64,000 nucleotides of DNA from Planctomycetota bacterium. GTDB lineage: Bacteria > Planctomycetota > B15-G4. Where the stretch lies: NCBI GenBank assembly GCA_965248575.1, contig CBDFJQ010000002.1:3936001-4000000 (forward strand), given 5' to 3'. Each line of letters begins with the position of its first letter. Positions within the stretch are counted from its first letter, which is position 1. Under the pieces are notes generated by a model. The model was given only the letters and a program-made list of their open reading frames with translations, had not been told where the DNA came from and did no database searches. The position numbers and the translations under genes were made by a program. Below are positions 19,584-28,273 of the stretch, piece by piece.

Positions 19584-19946
19584 ATGCCGGATGTGAGTGC
19601 TCAACCATCGATGATCGAGAAAGTGCGATGCGAAGTCGTGACCTACGATCTGACGTATGCGGAGAAACAGCTGATTGCCAAGGGAGCACTCGCGCCAGTT
19701 CTGGAGCGTTTGCACAGTACTGCGAGTGACAGCGTAGGCGACTGCGCAAGGTGGAGTGGTATTGCGGCAGTCATCGGTTTCGTGGTGCTCCTCGTTGGGC
19801 CAAGGAGCAACTCTGTGTGGATTTGGGCGGTTAGCAGTTTTGGGCATCTAGCCTTAGCCGTAGTTCTTGGCTACATGAGCACCCGCCAGCGTAGGGAGGA
19901 AAGGCACCTTGCGAATCTCCTCGATACATTGAGGGAGGCAGAGTGA
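19584..19946 (+). CDS. Cassette 4: hypothetical 2-TM protein
   Basis: ORF fills cassette. Confidence 0.65.
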   Translation: MPDVSAQPSMIEKVRCEVVTYDLTYAEKQLIAKGALAPVLERLHSTASDSVGDCARWSGIAAVIGFVVLLVGPRSNSVWIWAVSSFGHLALAVVLGYMSTRQRREERHLANLLDTLREAE

Positions 19947-19964
19947 AGGCGTCTCTGAGACACC

Positions 19965-20031
19965 ACCTAACAAGCGCTTGCAGCGGACGTTCCGCTGCGC
20001 GGACCGCCGCTGAACCACAGGTCCGTTAGAT
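19965..20031 (+). repeat. attC4
   Basis: ACCTAAC...GTTAGAT. Confidence 0.95.
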
Positions 20032-20073
20032 GGGCGGATCTACGCAGGAAGGTGCAACACACAGGGTCTCCAA

Positions 20074-20259
20074 GTGTTAGATGAACCAAACGGAGAGCAA
20101 CCGAAGAAGCGGCGCACCGCAATGGCTACGAGTGTTTCGATTGGGGCAGCTGTTGGGGCCGTGTTCGGCGTGGCGGTGAGCAACATTGGCCTCGGCATTG
20201 CTATTGGCGTTGCGGTGGGCGTGGCCATCGGCGCAAGTCGAGAGGCAGGTAGGAAGTGA
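20074..20259 (+). CDS. Cassette 5: small glycine-zipper membrane protein
   Basis: GAAVGAVFG...GLGIAIGVAVGVAIG. Confidence 0.7.
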   Translation: MLDEPNGEQPKKRRTAMATSVSIGAAVGAVFGVAVSNIGLGIAIGVAVGVAIGASREAGRK

Positions 20260-20264
20260 ATGCC

Positions 20265-20327
20265 ATCTAACAAGCCGCACCAGACGGACCGGGCTCCGCC
20301 CGGCTGCTGAACGCCAGTCGGCAAGGC
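20265..20327 (+). repeat. attC5 (degenerate core GCAAGGC)
   Basis: ATCTAAC...gctgaacgccagtcgGCAAGGC. Confidence 0.85.
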
Positions 20328-20365
20328 GGCAACATTGGACCGACGCACCACACAGGAGAGAACTA

Positions 20366-20797
20366 TTGGCCGACAATGTGAAGACCACAGCGGCGACGGT
20401 GATTCCGACCATGCGATACAACGATGCAGCGGCAGCCATCGCGTGGCTCTGCGAAGCGTTCGGATTCGAGAAACACCTGGTCGTTCCCGGTGAAGACGGC
20501 ACAATCGCCCACGCACAGCTCGTCTTCGGGAATGGAATGGTAATGCTCGCCTCAGCGCGCGCGAGCGAGTTCGACAACCTTCACAAGCTGCCGAGCGCCC
20601 TGGGCGACGCCGTATCTCAGAGCCCGTACATCATCGTCGACGACGCCGACAAACACTACGCACGAGCTGTTGCGGCGGGCGCAGAGATCGTGATTGAAAT
20701 TAGGGACGAGGATTACGGGGGCCGAGGCTACTCTTGTCGCGATCCCGAAGGGCACGTTTGGAACTTCGGCTCCTACGATCCCTGGGCCTCCGCCTAA
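20366..20797 (+). CDS. Cassette 6: VOC/glyoxalase/bleomycin-resistance family protein
   Basis: AAIAWLCEAFGF, HAQL, DYGGRGYSCRDPEGHVWNFG; AGGAG then TTG. Confidence 0.9.
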   Translation: MADNVKTTAATVIPTMRYNDAAAAIAWLCEAFGFEKHLVVPGEDGTIAHAQLVFGNGMVMLASARASEFDNLHKLPSALGDAVSQSPYIIVDDADKHYARAVAAGAEIVIEIRDEDYGGRGYSCRDPEGHVWNFGSYDPWASA

Positions 20798-20858
20798 CAA
20801 GCGCTTGCAGCGGACGGTCCGCTGCGCGGCCCGTCGCTGAACCGCCAGTCCGTTGGGC
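20792..20858 (+). repeat. attC6
   Basis: GCCTAAC...GTTGGGC. Confidence 0.95.
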
Positions 20859-20888
20859 GGACGGAGTCACTGACCGCGGGAGAGTGGA

Positions 20889-21131
20889 ATGGCCATGACC
20901 TGGACGATAGTGCTAGTTGTAGTGCATGTGGTTCTTGCTCTCGCGGCTATTCGCTACGCACGAAAGAAGTCTACCTGGACGCGTGGCCCACAGTTCGCAG
21001 TCGTCTGTGCATTGGCAATTCCGATAGTTGGACCAATAATGACCCTTCTTTCAGCAGCCGCTTCGGGAAGCGGTGAATACGTAGACGAGAGTGTGCAATA
21101 CGGCGTCGATCCACCGGACCTAGGTAGCTAG
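20889..21131 (+). CDS. Cassette 7: small membrane protein (PLDc_N-like)
   Basis: 2 TM helices, IPIVGPI. Confidence 0.6.
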   Translation: MAMTWTIVLVVVHVVLALAAIRYARKKSTWTRGPQFAVVCALAIPIVGPIMTLLSAAASGSGEYVDESVQYGVDPPDLGS

Positions 21132-21172
21132 AATGGCGACTAGTTCAAGAGAGCCAAGGCGTTACGCCGCAC

Positions 21173-21236
21173 GCCCAACAAGCCTTTTCAGACGGACCGG
21201 GCTTCGCCCGGCCGCCGAACCGCAGGTCCGCTAGCT
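21173..21236 (+). repeat. attC7 (degenerate core GCTAGCT)
   Basis: GCCCAAC...cgcaggtccGCTAGCT. Confidence 0.85.
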
Positions 21237-21249
21237 AGACGGAACAGTC

Positions 21250-21471
21250 ATGAGGGAGCAGGGCAAAGGACGACGGATCAGGCATGTCCAGAACTGGGAT
21301 CTCCATGTCTTCATGCTGCTCTTTGTCGTACCAGCTTTTGCTGGAGGCCTTTGGCTGGTCCATCCTCTTCTGGGCTTGGTTGTGGTCGCCATCTTCGTAG
21401 TCTGGGTTGTAGACAACGTGCACGAGTCCAATCGTCTCCAGGAGCGCGGCCGCCGTGAGCGCACTAGCTAA
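21250..21471 (+). CDS. Cassette 8: small membrane protein
   Basis: 2 TM helices; stop within AGCTAAC. Confidence 0.65.
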   Translation: MREQGKGRRIRHVQNWDLHVFMLLFVVPAFAGGLWLVHPLLGLVVVAIFVVWVVDNVHESNRLQERGRRERTS

Positions 21472-21532
21472 CAAGCGCTTGCAGCGGACGGTCCGCTGCG
21501 CGTCCCGCCGCTGACCCGCAGATACGTTAGCC
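21466..21532 (+). repeat. attC8
   Basis: AGCTAAC...GTTAGCC. Confidence 0.93.
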
Positions 21533-21534
21533 GG

Positions 21535-21888
21535 ATGGAGGCGATGCCGGTCACCAAGTTCCAAGAGGAATGGAATGAGATCGCAGTGCGGTGGGGCCTC
21601 TACGTGAAGGCGCCGTTCGTGGTCAAACTCATTCACGGAGAAGTCACCGTCCCTGTGCTTCTTCGAGACTTCGGCGCCTCTCACGGGATGCTACTTGTTA
21701 CGGACTATGGCCTGATCTCTCCCCACTGGGAGGAACTCGTGAGCCTTGGTTTTGGGTTCTCGTGCCTCAGTGAGCCTGACGGAGTGAGCCACCCCGACGA
21801 CGACGAAGCCCTCATGGAGATGCTCTCAGACTGGGGATGGTCGGGAAGCGAGAACCCTCCCGAGTGGTATCGTGAACCCAGTAGCTAA
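21535..21888 (+). CDS. Cassette 9: hypothetical soluble protein
   Basis: 117 aa ending LSDWGWSG..PPEW; stop within attC. Confidence 0.75.
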   Translation: MEAMPVTKFQEEWNEIAVRWGLYVKAPFVVKLIHGEVTVPVLLRDFGASHGMLLVTDYGLISPHWEELVSLGFGFSCLSEPDGVSHPDDDEALMEMLSDWGWSGSENPPEWYREPSS

Positions 21889-21946
21889 CCAGCCGTAGCA
21901 GACGGGCCGGGCTGGGCCCGGCCGCTGAACGGCAGGTCCGTTAGGC
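21883..21946 (+). repeat. attC9
   Basis: AGCTAAC...GTTAGGC. Confidence 0.92.
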
Positions 21947-21965
21947 GCACGAAGGGGGAGTACTG

Positions 21966-22481
21966 ATGCCCGTTCGATTCGAATGCTCGAAATGCGGACA
22001 GGACATCTCGTCGTTCATGCGCGTTGGAGAGACTGCGGAATGTCCATCATGCGGCGCGCGAGTGCAGGTACCTGCTTCGGCGGAGCGCAGAGGACTTACC
22101 TATGAGCCGTCGCAAAGAGGGGGCTACCCAGCGCCGACGATCGCTGACGGGCCCCCGGCGGAGTCGATACCACATGCTGAGGCTTTCACCGTGAGGCGGA
22201 TCCAGGCACGGACGATTCTCCAACTATCTCTGATCGGCCACCTCTGCTTCTGCATTCCGGCTTTTCTGCTCGTGGGGCTTGGGGCAGCCCTCGGATTCGA
22301 GGGCTGGTCGGTAACGTGGAATGACGAACCCGTGACTGGAGTCATGGCCGTGCTTGTAGCTCTGCCTCTTGGCGTAGGCGCAGGGCTCGGATCCGGCCTC
22401 GCCAATGGAACCGTCGCCTGCATTGGCCTCTGGATCTACTCCAGGTTTCGGTGGGTGACGGTCCACTATGCGCGAGCGTAG
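21966..22481 (+). CDS. Cassette 10: zinc-ribbon + membrane protein
   Basis: CSKC...CPSC, then 2 TM helices. Confidence 0.75.
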   Translation: MPVRFECSKCGQDISSFMRVGETAECPSCGARVQVPASAERRGLTYEPSQRGGYPAPTIADGPPAESIPHAEAFTVRRIQARTILQLSLIGHLCFCIPAFLLVGLGAALGFEGWSVTWNDEPVTGVMAVLVALPLGVGAGLGSGLANGTVACIGLWIYSRFRWVTVHYARA

Positions 22482-22487
22482 CATTGC

Positions 22488-22554
22488 GTCTAGCAAGCGC
22501 TTGCGGCGGACTGTCCGCTGCGCGTCCCGCCGCTGAATCGCAACGACGTTAGGC
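22488..22554 (+). repeat. attC10 (degenerate inverse core GTCTAGC)
   Basis: GTCTAGCaagcgcttgcggcgga...GTTAGGC. Confidence 0.85.
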
Positions 22555-22567
22555 AGAGCAACTGACG

Positions 22568-22987
22568 ATGATCGAATTCCAGCTGTTGCCCAGAACCTCG
22601 GACGGGACAGAAGAGCCACAGCTCTGGTTTCGGGTGCGGCTACGCGGTGAGTTCACAGGAGAGCTCGACCTGCAATTGGAGACAGCTGAAGTTCTCTCGT
22701 TTGTTGAGCAGCTCGCAGGCTTTCCGAGGTCAACAGAGCAGGTTGAATCGGCAAGGCTCGTCGACCGGCACGCAGCCAGGTTTGCCGATTTCGAAGTTTC
22801 CTGCATCGATCGATCGGGGCATGTCCGCGTTGCAGCCAGCCTTGGGTCGGGTTCAGGGCAGTTTGGCGCTCCTGTCTGGGACACGGTCACAGCCAACGTC
22901 GCAGCCGTTGCGGCTGAGATCGACGTGTTTCAGAAGCAGCTTGTAGCGATCATCAAAGGGATTGAGTCCCATGCGCGCCTTGCCTAA
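22568..22987 (+). CDS. Cassette 11: hypothetical protein
   Basis: 139 aa; stop within GCCTAAC. Confidence 0.7.
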   Translation: MIEFQLLPRTSDGTEEPQLWFRVRLRGEFTGELDLQLETAEVLSFVEQLAGFPRSTEQVESARLVDRHAARFADFEVSCIDRSGHVRVAASLGSGSGQFGAPVWDTVTANVAAVAAEIDVFQKQLVAIIKGIESHARLA

Positions 22988-23044
22988 CAAGTGCGTGCAG
23001 CGGACACCGCTCTGCGGCGCAGCTGACCCACTGAGTCGGTAGAT
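22982..23044 (+). repeat. attC11 (degenerate core GGTAGAT)
   Basis: GCCTAAC...gcagctgaccc...GGTAGAT; next cassette ends ATCTAAC. Confidence 0.85.
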
Positions 23045-23060
23045 ATATGAACGGTGTTTA

Positions 23061-23573
23061 ATGAACGAAAAGCAACCACGAATAATGCCATCCACTGAGT
23101 CCCAATCTCTACCAGGTAAGGGCAAGTCAGGCCGGTTCTGGCAAGGGTTCTGGCTTATATTCCTAGTGGTTTCACTTGCCTACGCTTGGTACTCCTTCTA
23201 TGCGCCTTCCAACCGCATCGCCTGGGCCGATAACTTCACGGCTGCGCAACAACAGGCAGTCAAGTCTGACAAACCGATGATTCTCTTTTTCACTGGCAAG
23301 TGGTGTTCACCCTGCCAGATCATGAAACGTCAAGTCTGGGCGGATGAACAGGTGATGGCTGCGGTCAATGAGGCGTTCATCCCTGTGACGATTGACGTGG
23401 ATGACCCTAATGCGGCCTCGGCATTGAGTCGGTACGGTGTTGGCCTAACGCCAACCACTATCATCACGGATTCAAAAGGGAATGTCTTGCAACGGAACCA
23501 CGGGAGGATGAGCAAAACCGAATTCCTCGAATTGTTAGGTGAGATTGATCCATCGACCGTCGAAGATCTGTAA
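23061..23573 (+). CDS. Cassette 12: membrane-anchored thioredoxin-family protein
   Basis: WCSPC motif, N-terminal TM helix; visibly AT-richer than host genes. Confidence 0.9.
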   Translation: MNEKQPRIMPSTESQSLPGKGKSGRFWQGFWLIFLVVSLAYAWYSFYAPSNRIAWADNFTAAQQQAVKSDKPMILFFTGKWCSPCQIMKRQVWADEQVMAAVNEAFIPVTIDVDDPNAASALSRYGVGLTPTTIITDSKGNVLQRNHGRMSKTEFLELLGEIDPSTVEDL

Positions 23574-23625
23574 TGCTAAGCGACTGCACCGTCTCTCTTC
23601 GGGCAATCATTGGTTTCGTTGGACT

Positions 23626-23686
23626 ATCTAACCATTCGTTGCACCAGACCGGCTTCGCCGACAGGTGAACGGCAAACCCGTTAGCC
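23626..23686 (+). repeat. attC12
   Basis: ATCTAAC...ggtgaac..GTTAGCC. Confidence 0.88.
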
Positions 23687-23704
23687 AGATCAACTGAGGT
23701 TATC

Positions 23705-24490
23705 GTGGGCACTGCTCCCAGCAATCTCCGATGTCGAATAACGGATGCCGTGTGCAAAGCGTTACGGCCGTTGCCCCATGTGTTCGCCGGATGGGAGGGC
23801 GGGAGCGCTGCCTTCGATCTCGTGGATGAGTACTCCGACATAGACTTGAACTTCTTGTTGGATGACGCGGCCCTGGTCGATTCCCTTTATGCCGTTGTCG
23901 AGTCTGCACTCGAGACTGTGTCGCCGATTTCTACCACCCACTTTGAGCCCCCCGGCCGCTACTACAAATTGAGGGATGGTGGAGATTTCCTCCTGGTCGA
24001 TGTGTGCATCTACCAGCCTGGGTCGCTCAGCGAGTGCCTCGACGTTGATCGTCACGGGAAAATTCGGCAGCTCTTCGACAAGGGGCAGTGGCTACGCAGC
24101 GAGACCTCAAGCGTGGTGTCCCAGCGAGCTACCCGAGCCAAGCGTCGGGACGATCTCGAAGAGTGGTTTTCCGTGAGTCAGAGTTTTGTCCGCAAGGCAA
24201 TCATGCGCGGCCACGAGGTGGAGGCCTTGGCGGCGTTCTGGGGTTACACGCTCAAGCCACTCGTGGAAATTCTTCGCATGCGGTATTGCCCCGCACGATG
24301 GGACTTCGGCATGCGCTATCTGCAGAGAGATCTTCCAGGTCCTGTGTACGATGAGCTGCGGGGCATCATGTTTGTCGGAGAGTCTGTCGACCTAGCGGAA
24401 AAACTAGCGAAGGCGGTCGCATGGGGAGAGAGGCTACTGAGAGAATCTAAGCCGGGCAGTGAGATTGGACCTTCGCCAAGGGCTGGCTAA
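23705..24490 (+). CDS. Cassette 13: Pol-beta-superfamily nucleotidyltransferase
   Basis: GGS...DEYSDIDL motif plus helical C-terminal domain. Confidence 0.85.
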   Translation: MGTAPSNLRCRITDAVCKALRPLPHVFAGWEGGSAAFDLVDEYSDIDLNFLLDDAALVDSLYAVVESALETVSPISTTHFEPPGRYYKLRDGGDFLLVDVCIYQPGSLSECLDVDRHGKIRQLFDKGQWLRSETSSVVSQRATRAKRRDDLEEWFSVSQSFVRKAIMRGHEVEALAAFWGYTLKPLVEILRMRYCPARWDFGMRYLQRDLPGPVYDELRGIMFVGESVDLAEKLAKAVAWGERLLRESKPGSEIGPSPRAG

Positions 24491-24613
24491 CAAGGCGCTG
24501 CAGCTGACCGGCTCATGCGTCGGCGTTCCCAGGTTCTGGTAGTCTCTCGAACACGAAGGCGTTTCGAGGCCGGGGGCAAATCCCGCTGGCATCTGAGCGC
24601 CGGTCCGTTAGCT
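24485..24613 (+). repeat. attC13 (long type)
   Basis: GGCTAACaaggcgctgcagctgaccgg...ctggcatctgagcgccggtccGTTAGCT. Confidence 0.88.
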
Positions 24614-24629
24614 GGGCCAAGGAGCGACC

Positions 24630-24914
24630 GTGTCCAAACCAGCCAAGCTGTCGCTCGTGATGGCGGTGATCGCGATGCTCCTGGCAGCTCCATTGTTGGG
24701 GGGGCACCAGTTGAGCGTGCATGGTGATCCATACACGTACATCTTCTTCCTCCCGAACATCGTTCCGCTGTTGGTACTTGAGTCGGCAGGCTATTTGCCA
24801 ACAGATCACGAGTTGCTTGCGGCTGCCTCCAGTGTCGGGTTCTGGGTCATCACTGGAGCTGCGATTGGGTGGGTTTCAGTCTGGCGAACCCGAGGAGATC
24901 AAGATGCCACATAG
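24630..24914 (+). CDS. Cassette 14: small membrane protein
   Basis: About 3 hydrophobic segments; AGGAG upstream. Confidence 0.65.
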   Translation: MSKPAKLSLVMAVIAMLLAAPLLGGHQLSVHGDPYTYIFFLPNIVPLLVLESAGYLPTDHELLAAASSVGFWVITGAAIGWVSVWRTRGDQDAT

Positions 24915-24916
24915 CC

Positions 24917-24979
24917 AGCTACCAGCCGTAGCGGACGGACCGGGCTACGCCCGTCCGCTGAACGGCAGATACGTTAGCC
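24917..24979 (+). repeat. attC14 (inverse core AGCTACC, 1-nt deletion)
   Basis: Body resembles attC9; ends GTTAGCC. Confidence 0.85.
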
Positions 24980-24992
24980 GGATCAGGGAGGG

Positions 24993-25469
24993 GTGTTCGA
25001 TATGTCTAGCCAAGATGTTGCCTCGTTCGTACTGAGGCTCTTGGGCGTCTTATTGCTCGTGACCTCGATTCCGATTGCGATGGCCGTCATTGCTGACCAA
25101 GGGGGCCCCGGCTTGGGACCACTGACGGCGTCTGTCCTTGTTGGAGTGGCCCTCATTGTTTGGAGTCGGCCGCTCGGCAGTCGAATCGCTCCGAGCCCTG
25201 GCAAGCCCTCCGATGCGAAAGCATTGTCTGTCACGGACTGGCAGGCCATCGCCTTCTCGGCAATCGGCATCATGGTCATCGTGCGCAGCCTTGAGGCCTT
25301 CGCCGACAGTTACTTTCGATCCGAGGCGTTCGGAGCAGAGTTGTGGCCATGGCCCTTCACGGCGGTCCCCCTCTTGCAGTTGGTGGTTGGAGTCCTCCTG
25401 TTCTTCCAAGGGAGGGGTTTGGCCGCCTTCTGGCGCCGTTCGCAAGGAGACGGCGGTTCCAGCGGCTGA
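24993..25469 (+). CDS. Cassette 15: 4-TM membrane protein
   Basis: Four hydrophobic helices. Confidence 0.75.
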   Translation: MFDMSSQDVASFVLRLLGVLLLVTSIPIAMAVIADQGGPGLGPLTASVLVGVALIVWSRPLGSRIAPSPGKPSDAKALSVTDWQAIAFSAIGIMVIVRSLEAFADSYFRSEAFGAELWPWPFTAVPLLQLVVGVLLFFQGRGLAAFWRRSQGDGGSSG

Positions 25470-25530
25470 CACGCGCAAGCAACGGACGGTCCGCTGCGCG
25501 CCCCGCCGCTGAACCGCAGATGTGTTAGAC
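25464..25530 (+). repeat. attC15 (inverse core GGCTGAC)
   Basis: Body resembles attC2; ends GTTAGAC. Confidence 0.87.
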
Positions 25531-25552
25531 AGAGTTAGAGAGGAGGAACACG

Positions 25553-26047
25553 ATGGCTGACAGCAACGGCTCGTCCGTCCAGCGCGCTGCCCAAGCGAGG
25601 CGAGATCTCCTGCCTTCGTGGTTGAGGTCCATCTGCGTTCTCGTGGTTCCACTCTCGCTAGCAACCGTAGCGCTTCTCGCGACCGGCGTTCTCAAGCCCG
25701 ACTCCTTCGACTTGAAGCTCCTCGGCATCGCCTACGGCGCGCTTTCACAGCCCGCCGCATTGGCCAGCCAGGTTTTCGTCATTGCGCTGGGTGTCTCCGC
25801 TGTTGGTTTGCTCCGCGGCGATGTGTGGGCTCTTGGTCTAGCGAGCTTCCTCAGCATTGTCGGCGTCGCCATGGCGCCGAGCGTCATCGAGTTCACTGAA
25901 CCAGGATTCCATCTGAGGTTCGATGCACTGATCTTCGTTTCTCTCATCATTGCCCTGGAAAGGCGTCGAGCAGGATGGAAGGCCGTCACAAGATCCAACC
26001 CTGTCAAACAAGAGCTTGCAGCGGATGCCGCTCCACCTAACCGCTGA
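25553..26047 (+). CDS. Cassette 16: membrane protein, reads through attC16
   Basis: About 4 TM helices; GAGGAGG RBS. Confidence 0.7.
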   Translation: MADSNGSSVQRAAQARRDLLPSWLRSICVLVVPLSLATVALLATGVLKPDSFDLKLLGIAYGALSQPAALASQVFVIALGVSAVGLLRGDVWALGLASFLSIVGVAMAPSVIEFTEPGFHLRFDALIFVSLIIALERRRAGWKAVTRSNPVKQELAADAAPPNR

Positions 26048-26065
26048 ACCACTGAGACGTTGGAC
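26003..26065 (+). repeat. attC16 (eroded)
   Basis: GTCAAACaagagcttgcagcgga...ccgctgaacc..GTTGGAC. Confidence 0.78.
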
Positions 26066-26087
26066 GGAGCATTCAACCTTGGGTCCA

Positions 26088-26333
26088 ATGTCGCCAAGAG
26101 TCCTGATGTCAGGTTCCGCGATCGTCGTTGCGGACGTTGGATTTGGGATGGTCATCTGGGGGACCACGGCCTGTGCCATGAGGGACGAGAGGCTCGGCTG
26201 GTGGGGTAGGGTCATGGCCCCAGTCCTTCTTCTCCACGCATTCGGTTTCTGGGTGGTGATGCGAGCGGCCCCGTGGCTCAAGAGAGCTTCGGACGACAGA
26301 GATCAGTTTGCGGGAGGCTCCGGTGCGAGTTGA
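26088..26333 (+). CDS. Cassette 17a: small membrane ORF, possibly a fragment
   Basis: Two hydrophobic segments; no attC after it. Confidence 0.4.
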   Translation: MSPRVLMSGSAIVVADVGFGMVIWGTTACAMRDERLGWWGRVMAPVLLLHAFGFWVVMRAAPWLKRASDDRDQFAGGSGAS

Positions 26334-26910
26334 ATGTCTACTCTGGGACTTCGGGGACACGCTCTGCGACGAGCTCTCGCTCTGGCGCGCGACCCCCGAA
26401 TGGATGGATGTCTACCGCTCGTTCGACGATGGGCTTGGCGCCGCTTGGAGCCTGGGCGAGCTCGACACTCCCGGCTTCGTGGCTGAGTTGGCCAAGCGCA
26501 TGCCGCTTGCCGAAGCGGAGATCCTCGCGCACTTGAACCGCACCGATCTCTTCGAGTTCTTTCCGTTCACCTATGCGTTCTTTCGCGACCGCCACCTTCC
26601 CCAGGCCATCGTGACCGTGAATCCCACCTTCTTCTCCGAGGTCGTTGTGCCCGGCTGCGCCTTGGACAACGTCACGGACGCTATCGTCGTTTCGGGAGAA
26701 GAAGGGACGATTGACAAGGGTGAGCTCTGTCACCGAGCCCTTCAACGCATGGACTTCGACTCTGACCCTTCTCACGCGTTGCTGATCGACAACAAGAAAT
26801 CCAACCTCGACGCCTGGGCGAAGCGAGGCGGTGTCGGGTATTTGTATACGACCGATTCTGCGTTTCGACAGGACGTTGCCCGCGGCATTGATCACCTCAG
26901 AGAGCGTTAG
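26323..26910 (+). CDS. Cassette 17b: HAD-like hydrolase
   Basis: WDFGDTL, TVN, K, LLIDNK..N motifs. Confidence 0.8.
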   Translation: MRVECLLWDFGDTLCDELSLWRATPEWMDVYRSFDDGLGAAWSLGELDTPGFVAELAKRMPLAEAEILAHLNRTDLFEFFPFTYAFFRDRHLPQAIVTVNPTFFSEVVVPGCALDNVTDAIVVSGEEGTIDKGELCHRALQRMDFDSDPSHALLIDNKKSNLDAWAKRGGVGYLYTTDSAFRQDVARGIDHLRER

Positions 26911-26931
26911 GAATCCACGCGCTGGGTCGCC

Positions 26932-27066
26932 CTCTAACAAGCGGTTGCAGGTGACGACCAACAGTTCGCCTCAATCGATCCGTGGTACGGTTCTGGCGGC
27001 GGGTGCTGCGCCCAAGCGTTCGCGGTCAACGCTGTTGGGCGCAGCTGAATCGCATGTCCGTTGGTC
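26932..27066 (+). repeat. attC17 (long type)
   Basis: CTCTAACaagcggttgcagg...gcagctgaatcgcatgtccGTTGGTC. Confidence 0.85.
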
Positions 27067-27093
27067 CGACCTCAATCTGTTCTTTTCCGGTAG

Positions 27094-27648
27094 GTGCACG
27101 AGTTGAAACGGGTGGTAGTTCTTGACTACGACGCGGCCTGGGCCACGGTCTTCCAGGGGTTGCGTTTACCTGTGTGGAGTGCTCTTTCTGACATCGCGAT
27201 CTCCGTGGAGCACGTTGGGAGCACAGCCGTCCCGGGCCTGGCAGCCAAGCCCGTGATTGACTTTGACGTGGTCGTCCCACAAAGCGAGCAAGCAGAGGCT
27301 ATCGCGCGACTCTCTTCGCTTGGTTACGTGCACCGGGGTGACTTGGGAGTGCCGCAGCGGGAGGCGTTCCGTCCTCCGAAGGGTTCTCCGCATCACCATC
27401 TCTACCTCTGCCTGCCGACGAGTCCTGCACACGCCAACCACATCGCAATCCGTGACCATCTTCGCGCTCACCCTACGGATGCAATGGCCTACGGGGACCT
27501 CAAGAGGCGTCTTGCTCAAGAGTTCCCCCACGACATGGACGGGTACATAGAGGGTAAGACCGGTTTCCTGGTCGCGATTCTTCGCAGGCTTGGCTTTGCG
27601 GAGGAAGCTTTGGGCAGCATCGAGCGAATGAACCACCGACCAGGCTAA
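27094..27648 (+). CDS. Cassette 18: GrpB/UPF0157-family protein
   Basis: EHVGSTAVPGLAAKPVID, RDHLR, Y..LK, Y..GK. Confidence 0.92.
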   Translation: MHELKRVVVLDYDAAWATVFQGLRLPVWSALSDIAISVEHVGSTAVPGLAAKPVIDFDVVVPQSEQAEAIARLSSLGYVHRGDLGVPQREAFRPPKGSPHHHLYLCLPTSPAHANHIAIRDHLRAHPTDAMAYGDLKRRLAQEFPHDMDGYIEGKTGFLVAILRRLGFAEEALGSIERMNHRPG

Positions 27649-27655
27649 GCCGGTG

Positions 27656-27785
27656 AGCCAACACCCCCCTGGGGCAGACGGAGTCCTTGTCAAACCCGCT
27701 GCCCCAGCGCGATACTGTGCGTGAAGTGCGTGGAAGCAACCGGACGCGACAAGGCCTCCGTTGCTGAACCGCATGTCCGTTAGGC
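27656..27785 (+). repeat. attC18 (long type)
   Basis: AGCCAAC...ttgctgaaccgcatgtccGTTAGGC. Confidence 0.8.
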
Positions 27786-27811
27786 GGTGATTCTGAGCGG
27801 CAAGGAGAAGC

Positions 27812-28198
27812 ATGTCCAAACTCGTGATGGGCCTCGGCGTGTTCATTATTCTCGCGAGTCTGTGGGTCCTGGTGTTTCCGGAGCAACTCGTGTCGCTCAC
27901 GGACTGGGAATCGCGAGAAATGCTCTACGTCGCAGCCGGGATGAGGGTCGTGATCGGGCTTGTCCTGGTCCTGTCCGCTTCGTCTACGAGGTCTCCCACG
28001 GGCATTCGGGTCGTCGGCGGCCTGACCGTTCTCGCTGGCATCGGCCTTCTGTTCATTCCAATCGATTTGTGGAGGGACCTGATTCAGTATTGGCTCGTTG
28101 ACAACCTCGCCATGTATCGCTTCGGTGGTGGGGCATTCGGAATACTGATTGGCGCCTTCTTCGTGCATGCATCCTCGCCCAAGACGCCTTCCGCCTGA
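27812..28198 (+). CDS. Cassette 19: 4-TM membrane protein
   Basis: AGGAG RBS, four helices. Confidence 0.78.
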   Translation: MSKLVMGLGVFIILASLWVLVFPEQLVSLTDWESREMLYVAAGMRVVIGLVLVLSASSTRSPTGIRVVGGLTVLAGIGLLFIPIDLWRDLIQYWLVDNLAMYRFGGGAFGILIGAFFVHASSPKTPSA

Positions 28199-28259
28199 GA
28201 TGCGCTTGCAGCGAATCGTCCGCTGTGCGCCCCACCGCTGAATCGCAGATACGTAAGCC
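28193..28259 (+). repeat. attC19 (both cores degenerate)
   Basis: GCCTGAG..gcgcttgcagcg...ccgctgaatcgcagatacGTAAGCC. Confidence 0.8.
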
Positions 28260-28273
28260 ACGGAGTAGGGCAA

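Noticed and set aside
19081..21532. Recurring ~67-bp repeats as a CRISPR array
   Set aside because: Spacers are several hundred bp and hold whole ORFs; repeats have RYYYAAC/GTTRRRY ends; intI is adjacent and no cas gene is seen.
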